From: Pseudomonadota bacterium
Lineage (GTDB): Bacteria; Bdellovibrionota; FAC87; UBA2466
Reading direction: 5' to 3'
Assembly (NCBI GenBank): GCA_043767805.1
Contig: JAYUGC010000076.1
Span: forward strand, 1 to 13,842
DNA: 13,842 bases
Below are positions 6,432-13,842 of the stretch, in pieces. Below the pieces are notes generated by a model. The model did not search any database and was not told the origin of the DNA. It was given only the letters and a program-made list of their open reading frames with translations. Numbering within the stretch: position 1 is the stretch's first letter; each line of letters starts with the position of its first letter. Position numbers and translations under genes: made by a program.

Positions 6432-7986
6432 GGCGGGGCTGGCGATCCTCGCCGGCTTGGGCATGGTTCTGGCCTTCTCACCGATAAGCCTAGTTCCTTT
6501 CGTCGTGGTGCTGCCCTTTTTCTCGGTTCTCTTGGTGCGTCTTTGCCGCTCTCCCGGAGAGGGGTTTAAGTGGGGCTTTCTCACTTCCTTTCTCATCGTG
6601 CTCGGTGGCTTTTACTGGGTCACGTACGTCATCCACACCTTTGGCTACATGCCGTGGTCGGTGTCCTTCCTCCTCTTCCTGGGCTTCTGCGGTTTCGGCG
6701 CGCTGAACTTTCCGATCTTTTCGGCGCTCGCGACTTATCTGCACCTTCGGTTTCAGCCCGATAAGGCGCAGGGCTTTCCCCGCGAAGCATGGTACGCACT
6801 CGGCATTCCGGCTCTCTTCACGCTGGTGGAGTACTTCGTTCCGAAGCTCTTTCCCTGGTTCGTGGGGCATAGCTTTCACCTGACCTCTTGGCTCAATCAG
6901 ATAGTGGAAATCACCGGCGCGTCGTACCTCACCTTCATGGTTTTTAGCTTGGGTAGCACTTGCGCCCTTCTCGTCGAAAGACGAAAAGGTTACGCGCTCC
7001 TCGCTCTGCCGCTCGCGCTCTTTCTCATTCCGCTAATGTTTAGTCTGTGGCGGCTCTCCGAGCCCGCGCCTCCGAGCAAGACTTTGCGAGTCGCTCTCAT
7101 CCAGGCCAACATCGGCTCTCTCGAAAAAGCCCAGGCCCGGCGAGGCGCGGTGAATCTCATCGAGAGTGTCCTGGAGCGCTACATCACGCTCACCGAGCGC
7201 GCTCTCGCCGAAACGAAGAGGCCCGACCTCATCGTCTGGCCCGAAACAGCGATGCCCTTCTCTTTGGAAAGCGGCGGCCTTTGGGCGCACACCATCCGCA
7301 ATAAAGTCGGGGACTGGAAAGTGCCGCTCATTACCGGCGCCTACTCCGAAAGCGTCACCGATCGAAACCTCGATCACAACGCGGCCTTTCTGCTTCAGCC
7401 TCAAGAAGACGGCACGGTCACCGCTCAGATCTATCCAAAGAACATTCTGCTCGCTTTCGGCGAGTACTTTCCGGGTGGCGAAATCTTTCCGGCGCTCTAT
7501 AAATACTTTCCGCAGGTATCGCATTTCGCGCGCGGCACGCATCAGCGGCCGCTCCTTCTGGCCGACGGCACACCCATCGGCATCACCATCTGCTACGAGG
7601 CCATCGTCCCGGATTTTTTCCGGCGCACCGTCGAGCCGGGCGTGAAAGCGGTCGTCAATCTCACCAACGATTCTTGGTTCGGTCCCACGTCCGAGCCGCA
7701 CCAGCACGGAGCGCTCGCCGTCTTCCGCTCTCTCGAGCACCGCATTCCCTTGGTTCGCGTCACCAATACGGGTGTCTCCTTCACGGTCGATCGCTTGGGA
7801 CGCACCTCGGAAAAGACGCCGGTGTACCAGGAAGCTTACCTCGTCCAAGACATCGAGCTCCCCGACGTGGCGCCTCGCACCATTTACCTGCGGTTCGGAG
7901 ATTGGTTCGTCGGCCTTTGCCTGCTGATTCTGGTAGGCTGTTTATACAGCCTAAAGAGGGATCGCCATGCACCCGTACCTGCTTGA
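6406..7986 (+). CDS. lnt: Apolipoprotein N-acyltransferase
   Basis: Multi-TM N-terminus, IQANI, nitrilase-fold triad motifs VWPETA (E), YPKNILLAFGEYFP (K), ICYEAI (C), NLTNDSWFG, RVTNTGVS, TIYLRFGDW. Confidence 0.96.
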   Translation: MWKKLSRHRAGLAILAGLGMVLAFSPISLVPFVVVLPFFSVLLVRLCRSPGEGFKWGFLTSFLIVLGGFYWVTYVIHTFGYMPWSVSFLLFLGFCGFGALNFPIFSALATYLHLRFQPDKAQGFPREAWYALGIPALFTLVEYFVPKLFPWFVGHSFHLTSWLNQIVEITGASYLTFMVFSLGSTCALLVERRKGYALLALPLALFLIPLMFSLWRLSEPAPPSKTLRVALIQANIGSLEKAQARRGAVNLIESVLERYITLTERALAETKRPDLIVWPETAMPFSLESGGLWAHTIRNKVGDWKVPLITGAYSESVTDRNLDHNAAFLLQPQEDGTVTAQIYPKNILLAFGEYFPGGEIFPALYKYFPQVSHFARGTHQRPLLLADGTPIGITICYEAIVPDFFRRTVEPGVKAVVNLTNDSWFGPTSEPHQHGALAVFRSLEHRIPLVRVTNTGVSFTVDRLGRTSEKTPVYQEAYLVQDIELPDVAPRTIYLRFGDWFVGLCLLILVGCLYSLKRDRHAPVPA

Positions 7987-8773
7987 ATGGCAAATGAACG
8001 GAGAGCTTTACCGGATCCCCTCCTACGGGATTCTCCTCGCCCTGGCCTTTTCCTCCGCGTACTTCGAAGCGCTTCGACGCGCGATGAAAACGGGAGATGG
8101 CCCCGAGCACGTCGAGAACATCTTTATCACCGTCGTGCTGGCCTCCGTGGTCGGAGCCCGTCTCTTCCACGTTCTTTTCGAAGAGCCGTCTTATTACTTG
8201 CGGCACCCGGGCAAAATCATCGCGCTTTGGGAAGGCGGTTACACGTTTTACGGCGCGCTCCTTCTCGCCGCGACCAGCATCTTTCTCTACTGCCGCTGGA
8301 AAAAGATTTCGGGCCTCCCCTACCTGGACATCGCCTCACCGGCGACCGCCTTCGGGCTCTTTCTGGGGCGGATGGGTTGTTTCCTGGCGGGCTGCTGCTG
8401 GGGACGGCCCACGAACTTGCCTTGGGCCGTGGTCTTCAACCACCCCGAGACGTTCTCCTCGGTACGGGGCATTCCCGTGCACCCGACGCAAGTGTACGAG
8501 GCCTTGGGCGGGCTTTGTATTTTCTTTTACTTGAGCTGGCGCTTCAAACGGCGCGCCTACGAAGGGCAAATCTTCTTTCACGGCATCGCTATCTATTCCA
8601 TCCTGCGTTTTGTGGTCGAGAGATTTAGGGGCGACGACTACCGCGGCTTCATCCTAGGCGGACTGGTGAGCTACTCCCAGCTCATCTCGCTAAGTCTCTT
8701 ACCGCTCGCTCTCTACGGGATGTGGCGTTACGGAAAGAAGTCAGTGAACGGAGACGCCGTTAAGTCGCGCTGA
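7967..8773 (+). CDS. lgt: Prolipoprotein diacylglyceryl transferase
   Basis: Motifs SYG, VVGARLFHV, WEGGYTFYG, GRMGCFLAGCCWG, HPTQVYE, RFVVERFRGD, SQLIS. Confidence 0.95.
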   Translation: MHPYLLEWQMNGELYRIPSYGILLALAFSSAYFEALRRAMKTGDGPEHVENIFITVVLASVVGARLFHVLFEEPSYYLRHPGKIIALWEGGYTFYGALLLAATSIFLYCRWKKISGLPYLDIASPATAFGLFLGRMGCFLAGCCWGRPTNLPWAVVFNHPETFSSVRGIPVHPTQVYEALGGLCIFFYLSWRFKRRAYEGQIFFHGIAIYSILRFVVERFRGDDYRGFILGGLVSYSQLISLSLLPLALYGMWRYGKKSVNGDAVKSR

Positions 8774-11239
8774 GTCCGAAGGATCGGACCAGGCGAACGC
8801 GGTTTTCAGAAACTCTCCGTATTCGAACTTCGGACCGGGTCTCAGCGACAAGCGCCGGGACTCGGGGAAATAGCGCACGTCCTGCAAGAAGCCCTTCTTT
8901 AACGACGGCGGTGTCAGATCAAAAAGCTGAAGGCCGGCCTCGGGCTTGCGCAAAGTGTACTTCAGGCCTCGGGCCTTGAAGTACTTCTCAGGCTGAAAAT
9001 TAAACTCGCCGGTGAGGTGCACTTCTTTCGGGGTCCAGTCGGCGGCGGCGATTCCCATGAGCTCACCCCAGCCCTCCATCAAGCTATTGACCAAAGCGCG
9101 CAAATCTTTGCCGGATGCTATCTTTTCGATAAGCGCCACGGCGGAACGATCGAAACGCATGTCGAAGGCATCGTCTCCGATGACGCCGCAGGGCTTCTCG
9201 TCGGCAGACCAATGGGATCCCGAAAAGCCTCGGTACGCCGGCGTCAGATCCGGATAGGAAAGCATGAAAGCGCGCGCCAAAGCGACGGCCACCATCTTTC
9301 GGGGCACGCCATTTCCGCGCGGTCCAACGTTCACCAGAAGGCGCACGACCCGCTCGTTGTTTCTGGCGTCGGCGAGCCGGGCCTTGAACTGCTCGAGGGT
9401 GTAGTCGCGGACTTGCTTGGCCTTTACGATATCCAAAATATGATCGGCCGAAGGACAGCCCCCACACAGGAAACACTGGGCTTCCTTCCAGTTGCGGCCC
9501 AAGCAGTAATCGATTTCGACGAAGGAGCGCGCTCTCAAAACTTCTTGCCAGAGGAAATCCCGCTTCACGCCGGTATCGATCTTCACCCAAGGCTTTTCTT
9601 CCTCGAGCGTAGCGCCCGCGAGCAGCGCCACCGGATCCAAACCGCGCGCTTTCAAGCATTCTTCAAAGCGGTTACGAAACGCCGCCGAAACTTCTCGGTG
9701 GTAGACGAAGCCCGTCGCGTCGACCGCGTCATTCAATGCCTGGCCGATGCGAGGATCGGAAGCACGCACCAGGACTTGTGAAACCCAGTACTCGGGTAAA
9801 TCCGCCGACTCGCGGAACTCAAAGCCCGCGGCGCGCACGACTTTCGCCGTTTGGTTGATGATCTTCTGGTAGCGGGCAATCGAGTGGCCCTCTTCGAACT
9901 CGAGCGGCGTCCAGGGAAACCGCACGAGCGGAGTCATGGAGAAAATCAGACGCGTCGGCACGCCCGCCTCTTCCCGGATCTTTCTGAAGTGGCCGAGCAT
10001 GTCCTGCAAGGCGGCGAAGTCCGCCTCTTCTTCGAGTCCGGTCGCAATCAGGAAGACTTTGAGCTCGCGCGCCTTCGAGCGGAAGATTACCTGCAAGCTC
10101 TTATGGAGCTGATCGTTTTCGAGGTTCTTGTGGAGGTACTTGCGCAGCCGGGGCGAAATTCCCTCGAGCCCGCAAGTGAGACTCGCCTTCTCGATGGCGT
10201 GCTGAAACTCGATCATTTCAGGATCGTGCGCCAAGAGATCGAAGCGCTGGCTTTTCAAGCCCACGTGTTTGAAAAGCGGAACCAAGTCCCAGAGCACCGG
10301 GTAGAAATCCGAGTGCATGTTGAAATTGAAGCTATAGAGATCGACGCTGTCGAGTCCCATGGAGGCCTTCATCTTCAGCGCGACTTTGCGAAGGTTCTCC
10401 CGGTTTCTTTCGCGGTAAGGCTTACGATCCCAGGACTCGGCGCAAAAGCTACAAAAGCACGGACAACCCTCGGAAATCTGAAGGTGACTGCTGCCGATTT
10501 GATCTTCGAGATAATAGACCGGGCCCTTTTCGAGAGCCTCGCTCGCGTTCAAGGACCAGATGAAGCTTTTGCGAGTGGAGCGCGGCGCCTCCGGCTCGAA
10601 GAATCCCGGAATCTCCAAAAGATCTTTTAGAATCTCGGCCTTCTTCTTCCCGGCGCGTTTTCCGTCGCGGGCAATTCGGACGAGCTCTTTAATCGCCTTG
10701 TCGCTCTCGCCCACGAAGATGCCGTCGACCATCGGGTCCGAAGTCCAAAGCACGCTCGAATAAAGCGCGTTCGCACCCCCGAGAATGAGGAGCGGACAAC
10801 CCTCATCCGCCATTCGCTCGCTTTTTTTGAGCGGGAGGCCGCTCTTCTTCAGCATGGTGGGCAGATTGATGAGCTCTTGGACGATGGAGTTCGAAAAGCC
10901 GATGAGATCGTAATCGCGCGGGCCGCGCTTGGTCTGCGTCGCGAGAATCCAAGGCACTTCGCCCGCTTCGAAGAATTCCTGATCCGACCGCGGCGGCAGA
11001 TACGCGAGGTCCGGGTACACCCCTTCCAGACCGGCGGCGAGTTGATAGAGGAGCTGATGCGTGAACGAGTAGCCCGTATCGAAATAAGTGGAGAGGCGGG
11101 TGAAGAGCACGCGGTAGTCGCGAGACGCATACGCTTCCGAAGAGAGGGAATTTATTTCCCCTCCCCTGAGCCACAGCCCCTGCCCGATGAGCTTGGGGTA
11201 ATGGGCTTCGTACCAGTTTTGATAGTCCACGGACGACAT
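8741..11239 (-). CDS. Radical SAM protein (TIGR03960-like, N-terminal B12-binding-like domain), function unknown
   Basis: 832 aa. N-terminal YDLIGFS...ELINLPTML...PLLILGGANA...DGIFVGE, CxxxCxxC motif GCPCFCSFC (10442-10465), RPYRER-like KPYRER, GLEGISPRLR, PFTP-like FPWTP, distal C-x9-CFLCGGC motif. Confidence 0.88.
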   Translation of the reverse strand: MSSVDYQNWYEAHYPKLIGQGLWLRGGEINSLSSEAYASRDYRVLFTRLSTYFDTGYSFTHQLLYQLAAGLEGVYPDLAYLPPRSDQEFFEAGEVPWILATQTKRGPRDYDLIGFSNSIVQELINLPTMLKKSGLPLKKSERMADEGCPLLILGGANALYSSVLWTSDPMVDGIFVGESDKAIKELVRIARDGKRAGKKKAEILKDLLEIPGFFEPEAPRSTRKSFIWSLNASEALEKGPVYYLEDQIGSSHLQISEGCPCFCSFCAESWDRKPYRERNRENLRKVALKMKASMGLDSVDLYSFNFNMHSDFYPVLWDLVPLFKHVGLKSQRFDLLAHDPEMIEFQHAIEKASLTCGLEGISPRLRKYLHKNLENDQLHKSLQVIFRSKARELKVFLIATGLEEEADFAALQDMLGHFRKIREEAGVPTRLIFSMTPLVRFPWTPLEFEEGHSIARYQKIINQTAKVVRAAGFEFRESADLPEYWVSQVLVRASDPRIGQALNDAVDATGFVYHREVSAAFRNRFEECLKARGLDPVALLAGATLEEEKPWVKIDTGVKRDFLWQEVLRARSFVEIDYCLGRNWKEAQCFLCGGCPSADHILDIVKAKQVRDYTLEQFKARLADARNNERVVRLLVNVGPRGNGVPRKMVAVALARAFMLSYPDLTPAYRGFSGSHWSADEKPCGVIGDDAFDMRFDRSAVALIEKIASGKDLRALVNSLMEGWGELMGIAAADWTPKEVHLTGEFNFQPEKYFKARGLKYTLRKPEAGLQLFDLTPPSLKKGFLQDVRYFPESRRLSLRPGPKFEYGEFLKTAFAWSDPSDSARLNGVSVH

Positions 11240-11248
11240 GAGCGCGCC

Positions 11249-11277
11249 ATTAGAGGCGATCCGACGCGCACAATCAA
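11249..11277 (-). promoter_or_regulatory. Possible sigma70-type promoter of the radical SAM gene (very short leader)
   Basis: Minus strand TTGATT, 17 nt, TCTAAT, ending 9 nt before ATG 11239; no SD is visible. The -10 box lacks the conserved second A. Confidence 0.35.
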
Positions 11278-11317
11278 GGGGAACGCGGTAATTCCTAAAG
11301 ATAGCGGGCTTTTAGGG

Positions 11318-12028
11318 CTATTCCTTAAGGAGGAACTTGGCTTCCATCTCGGGTCGGTCGGAAAGCTCTTTAGGAACGAGCTTCAGATCGGACATAGACC
11401 CGGAGTCCTTTTGGGTGAGGCCCAAGGCAAGGGTGAAGTCCCCTTTGAACTCATCCACCATGACTTGCCCCTTGGCGCGATCGAAGTGAAAGCTGAGCGT
11501 TCCTCCGCCCGACGCTTGGCCCAGGCCCGCGAGATTTCTTCCCACTTTCGGCATCGGCACGTCGAGAAAGCTCTTACCGCTTTCGAGGTCCGCCACGGAA
11601 AATTTCTTCACGAGCTTAACCGTGCGGATCGGACCAACGATGATGACCTCGAAGAGGTCGGGCCGATCTTTCATTTTGCGAAACGTGAGCCCATCGAGAG
11701 AAACTCTCAGAGCGGTCCCCTGATAAAGCCGTTTCTTAAACTCGGGATTGGTCTCGTCCCCGTACATGGTGGCGTTGATTTGCCCCGCGATGCGCCTCTG
11801 CATGAAAGTGTCGTTGAAAATATCCACGTAAGGGGCCTCGCCCGCGAATCCCCAAGTCACTTCGTCCTCGCCCTCGAAGACACTTTTGCGTCTTGGGTCC
11901 GCTGTTCCTTCTCGCCGGGCGGTAGTCTCCGCGACCGGGGCCGTTAAAGCGTGATCGTCCGCGCCCGCGGAAACGAACGGCAGCGCCAAAACCAAAACCA
12001 AAACCAGAAGCAGTTCTATGCTTTTCAT
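11318..12028 (-). CDS. Hypothetical secreted protein
   Basis: Internal ATG 12028 of ORF 11318..12136 begins a signal peptide MKSIELLLVLVLVLALPFVSAGA-D. It has SD GGGGA 5 nt upstream and a sigma54 motif just upstream. No family recognised. Confidence 0.75.
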   Translation of the reverse strand: MKSIELLLVLVLVLALPFVSAGADDHALTAPVAETTARREGTADPRRKSVFEGEDEVTWGFAGEAPYVDIFNDTFMQRRIAGQINATMYGDETNPEFKKRLYQGTALRVSLDGLTFRKMKDRPDLFEVIIVGPIRTVKLVKKFSVADLESGKSFLDVPMPKVGRNLAGLGQASGGGTLSFHFDRAKGQVMVDEFKGDFTLALGLTQKDSGSMSDLKLVPKELSDRPEMEAKFLLKE

Positions 12029-12055
12029 TTTCTTCCCCAGTACGAGAGCATTAAC

Positions 12056-12071
12056 TGCAAGGCAGGGACCA
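12056..12071 (-). promoter_or_regulatory. sigma54 (-24/-12) promoter
   Basis: Minus strand TGGTCCCTGCCTTGCA is GG-N10-GC with TTGCA, 27 nt upstream of ATG 12028. Confidence 0.6.
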
Positions 12072-12337
12072 TTTTCAAAAGTCGCCTTTAACCGCATGAA
12101 TACGTCTCCTCGAAGCAAGGTCGAGCCTGCGCGCAAACAAGATCCAGAGAAAATGAGGAACGGCGGAATAAAGGCGGTGCCCGAGATAGTACAGCTGCCT
12201 CAAAAGGATCCAACGAAAGAGACCCCGATTGCCCAAGAGACAAGCAGTGTACAGCCCTTTTCGTCCCTGCTCGCGCCGCCTTCCGCCCTTCCCGCACGCA
12301 GGTCCGTGAGCACTGCGAGTCTTCACCCCCTGAATTC

Positions 12338-12353
12338 TGGCAGTGTCCTTGCA
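12338..12353 (+). promoter_or_regulatory. sigma54 (-24/-12) promoter
   Basis: TGGCAGTGTCCTTGCA is a near-perfect match to TGGCAC-N5-TTGCW, 13 nt upstream of GTG 12367. Confidence 0.72.
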
Positions 12354-12366
12354 AAAACGCTCCTCC

Positions 12367-13173
12367 GTGAAAGTCGGAACGAAGTTAAAACTGGCGTCTG
12401 TGTTTTGTTTGTTTCTCGGATCTCTCAGCGCGCACGCGCAAGACGAAATCACCGCGGAAGCGAAAGATGCGATCTGGGCGAAAGCGGCGCCTCACTATCC
12501 TCTAAAGGATCTTGGGCTTCGCGCTCCCGAAGCGAAGCCAAACGTCGAAGGCGACGAAGTGAACGCTTTCCTGGAAAAGGAAACGACCTGCCGGTTTTAC
12601 GGGTACGGTTCCAATAGCGTCATCGAACGCCGAGTGAAGCCCTCTGATCGTCTGAAGGTCGTCGCCAGCGCCGAGGGAATGCTTTCCGAGTGCCAAACAA
12701 TCAAAAAAGAGCTCGGTCCGAAAGCTTGCAGCTCCATCGAGATCGCCGGACACGCGGACCGGGTTTCGATCGGGCTCTCGCTCTATATCGGAAACGATCG
12801 CTACCCCACAGTATTTGGTATCAATCACCACTCCAGCAAACGCGACGTGGTACCGAACAACTTGGCTCTCATGAAGGAGATCGGCGCGTGCTTGCGGGAA
12901 ATTTCCGAAGACGGAGCGCCCGTCATCTTCAGCACGTGCGGCGCGGACAAAGACAAGCAAACTGGGGAATGGCTTTTTTATCCCGGCAAGCCGACCGCGC
13001 AGGCCGAGCTCGCAAAGCTCATCGACCGCCCGGTGATCAGCGCCATTGGGCCGGCGAGCTCCGATGGTCTCGGCACTTATTCACGCTTCGGCTGGCTGAA
13101 ATCGGAGCCGACGAAAGACATCGCGGTCACTCGCCCCTTGTCCCAACCGACGCGCACGGCCGCGCACCGCTAA
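12367..13173 (+). CDS. Secreted protein with DUF4347/caspase-like (clan CD) His-Cys pattern
   Basis: Signal peptide MKVGTKLKLASVFCLFLGSLSAHA-Q from GTG 12367. Motifs IEIAGHA (His codon 12751), VIFSTCG (Cys codon 12937), ELAKLIDRPVISA. Confidence 0.65.
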   Translation: MKVGTKLKLASVFCLFLGSLSAHAQDEITAEAKDAIWAKAAPHYPLKDLGLRAPEAKPNVEGDEVNAFLEKETTCRFYGYGSNSVIERRVKPSDRLKVVASAEGMLSECQTIKKELGPKACSSIEIAGHADRVSIGLSLYIGNDRYPTVFGINHHSSKRDVVPNNLALMKEIGACLREISEDGAPVIFSTCGADKDKQTGEWLFYPGKPTAQAELAKLIDRPVISAIGPASSDGLGTYSRFGWLKSEPTKDIAVTRPLSQPTRTAAHR

Positions 13174-13181
13174 GTAGGCCG

Positions 13182-13697
13182 CTACCTTTTAAGATTCGGG
13201 GGGGTGCCGGCGGGCTCGCTGAGGCGAAGCTCGTACCAGGCGGTGTCGTGCCAACGGCCTAGCTTGTAGCCGATGCGATGGTAGATGCCGACCAACGTAA
13301 AGCCCAGCGCTTGGTGAAACGCGGTGCTCGCTTCATTCGGAATGACCACGCCGGAATAGGCGTTCACGTAGCCTAGCTCGCGGAGCTCCGCGAACAGGCG
13401 ATCGTAGAGCGCGGTACCAACACCTTGCCGGCGGGCTTCGGGCGCCAAATACGCCGACACCTCTACGCTCCATTGATAAGCGGCCCGCGATCGATGCGGA
13501 GAGCCGTAAGCGTAGCCGAGAATCACGCCGTCTTTCTCGGCTACCAGCCACGGATATTTGGCCGAAATCTCCCCAATACGGGAAGCGAACGCTTCCACCG
13601 ACGGAATTTTCAGCTCGAACGTAACCGGCGTGCTCAAGATGAACGGCGCATAGATCGCCAAACAAGCGGAGGCATCTTCCGGCCGCGCGTTTCGGAC
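13182..13697 (-). CDS. GNAT N-acetyltransferase, phosphinothricin acetyltransferase/YncA/ArsN1-like; start uncertain
   Basis: Reads VRNARPEDASACLAIYAPF...VTFE...GYAYGSPHRSRAAYQWSVEVSAYL...RRQGVG (acetyl-CoA motif)...PNEASTAFHQALGF...GYKLGRWHD. The first canonical in-frame start is TTG 13661, inside the conserved region. Confidence 0.9.
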   Translation of the reverse strand, partial: VRNARPEDASACLAIYAPFILSTPVTFELKIPSVEAFASRIGEISAKYPWLVAEKDGVILGYAYGSPHRSRAAYQWSVEVSAYLAPEARRQGVGTALYDRLFAELRELGYVNAYSGVVIPNEASTAFHQALGFTLVGIYHRIGYKLGRWHDTAWYELRLSEPAGTPPNLKR

Positions 13698-13704
13698 TCA
13701 ATTA

Positions 13705-13842
<138 letters not shown>

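Noticed and set aside
3703..8628. Alternate-frame and antisense ORFs over the SPOR-lgt operon (e.g. 3703..4389, 7033..7848, 7987..8628)
   Set aside because: They are Arg/Pro/Gly-rich shadow translations overlapping well-supported genes.
9017..11947. Long plus-strand ORFs 9017..9781, 9851..10630 and 10877..11947
   Set aside because: These are antisense shadows of the radical SAM and secreted protein genes, expected in GC-rich DNA, with no protein motifs.
12029..12136. Longer starts (12136 or 12097) for the minus-strand secreted protein
   Set aside because: They would bury the signal peptide and place the sigma54 motif inside the CDS. ATG 12097 does have a GAGGAG SD, so it is not fully excluded.
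12018..12617. ORFs 12018..12617 (+), 12075..12452 (-) and 12088..12354 (-), and the GTG 12343 start
   Set aside because: They have no recognisable motifs, overlap better-supported genes and span the divergent promoter region. GTG 12343 lies within the sigma54 motif.

Overview
GC-rich bacterial window. A Bdellovibrionota/deltaproteobacteria-like host is inferred from gene style only and is not verified. The left part (1-3525) is the edge of an integrative element sitting at the 3' end of a minus-strand tRNA-His(GUG). It holds a large serine recombinase whose true N-terminus (YVRVST motif) lies upstream of the called ORF. The recombinase 3' end appears to be interrupted by an IS1380-family element (about 1645-3507). 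The IS has structured non-coding ends, including an anticodon-less tRNA-like segment colinear with the neighbouring tRNA-His and two tandem minus-strand terminators. The right part is host backbone: an envelope operon (SPOR protein, cupin, manC, SRPBCC-like protein, lnt, lgt), a convergent 832-aa radical SAM protein, two divergent secreted proteins each behind a sigma54-type promoter (one with a caspase-like His/Cys pattern), a GNAT acetyltransferase, and the 3' end of a cystathionine gamma-synthase/lyase gene. Three genes have conserved N-termini with no in-frame ATG/GTG/TTG.
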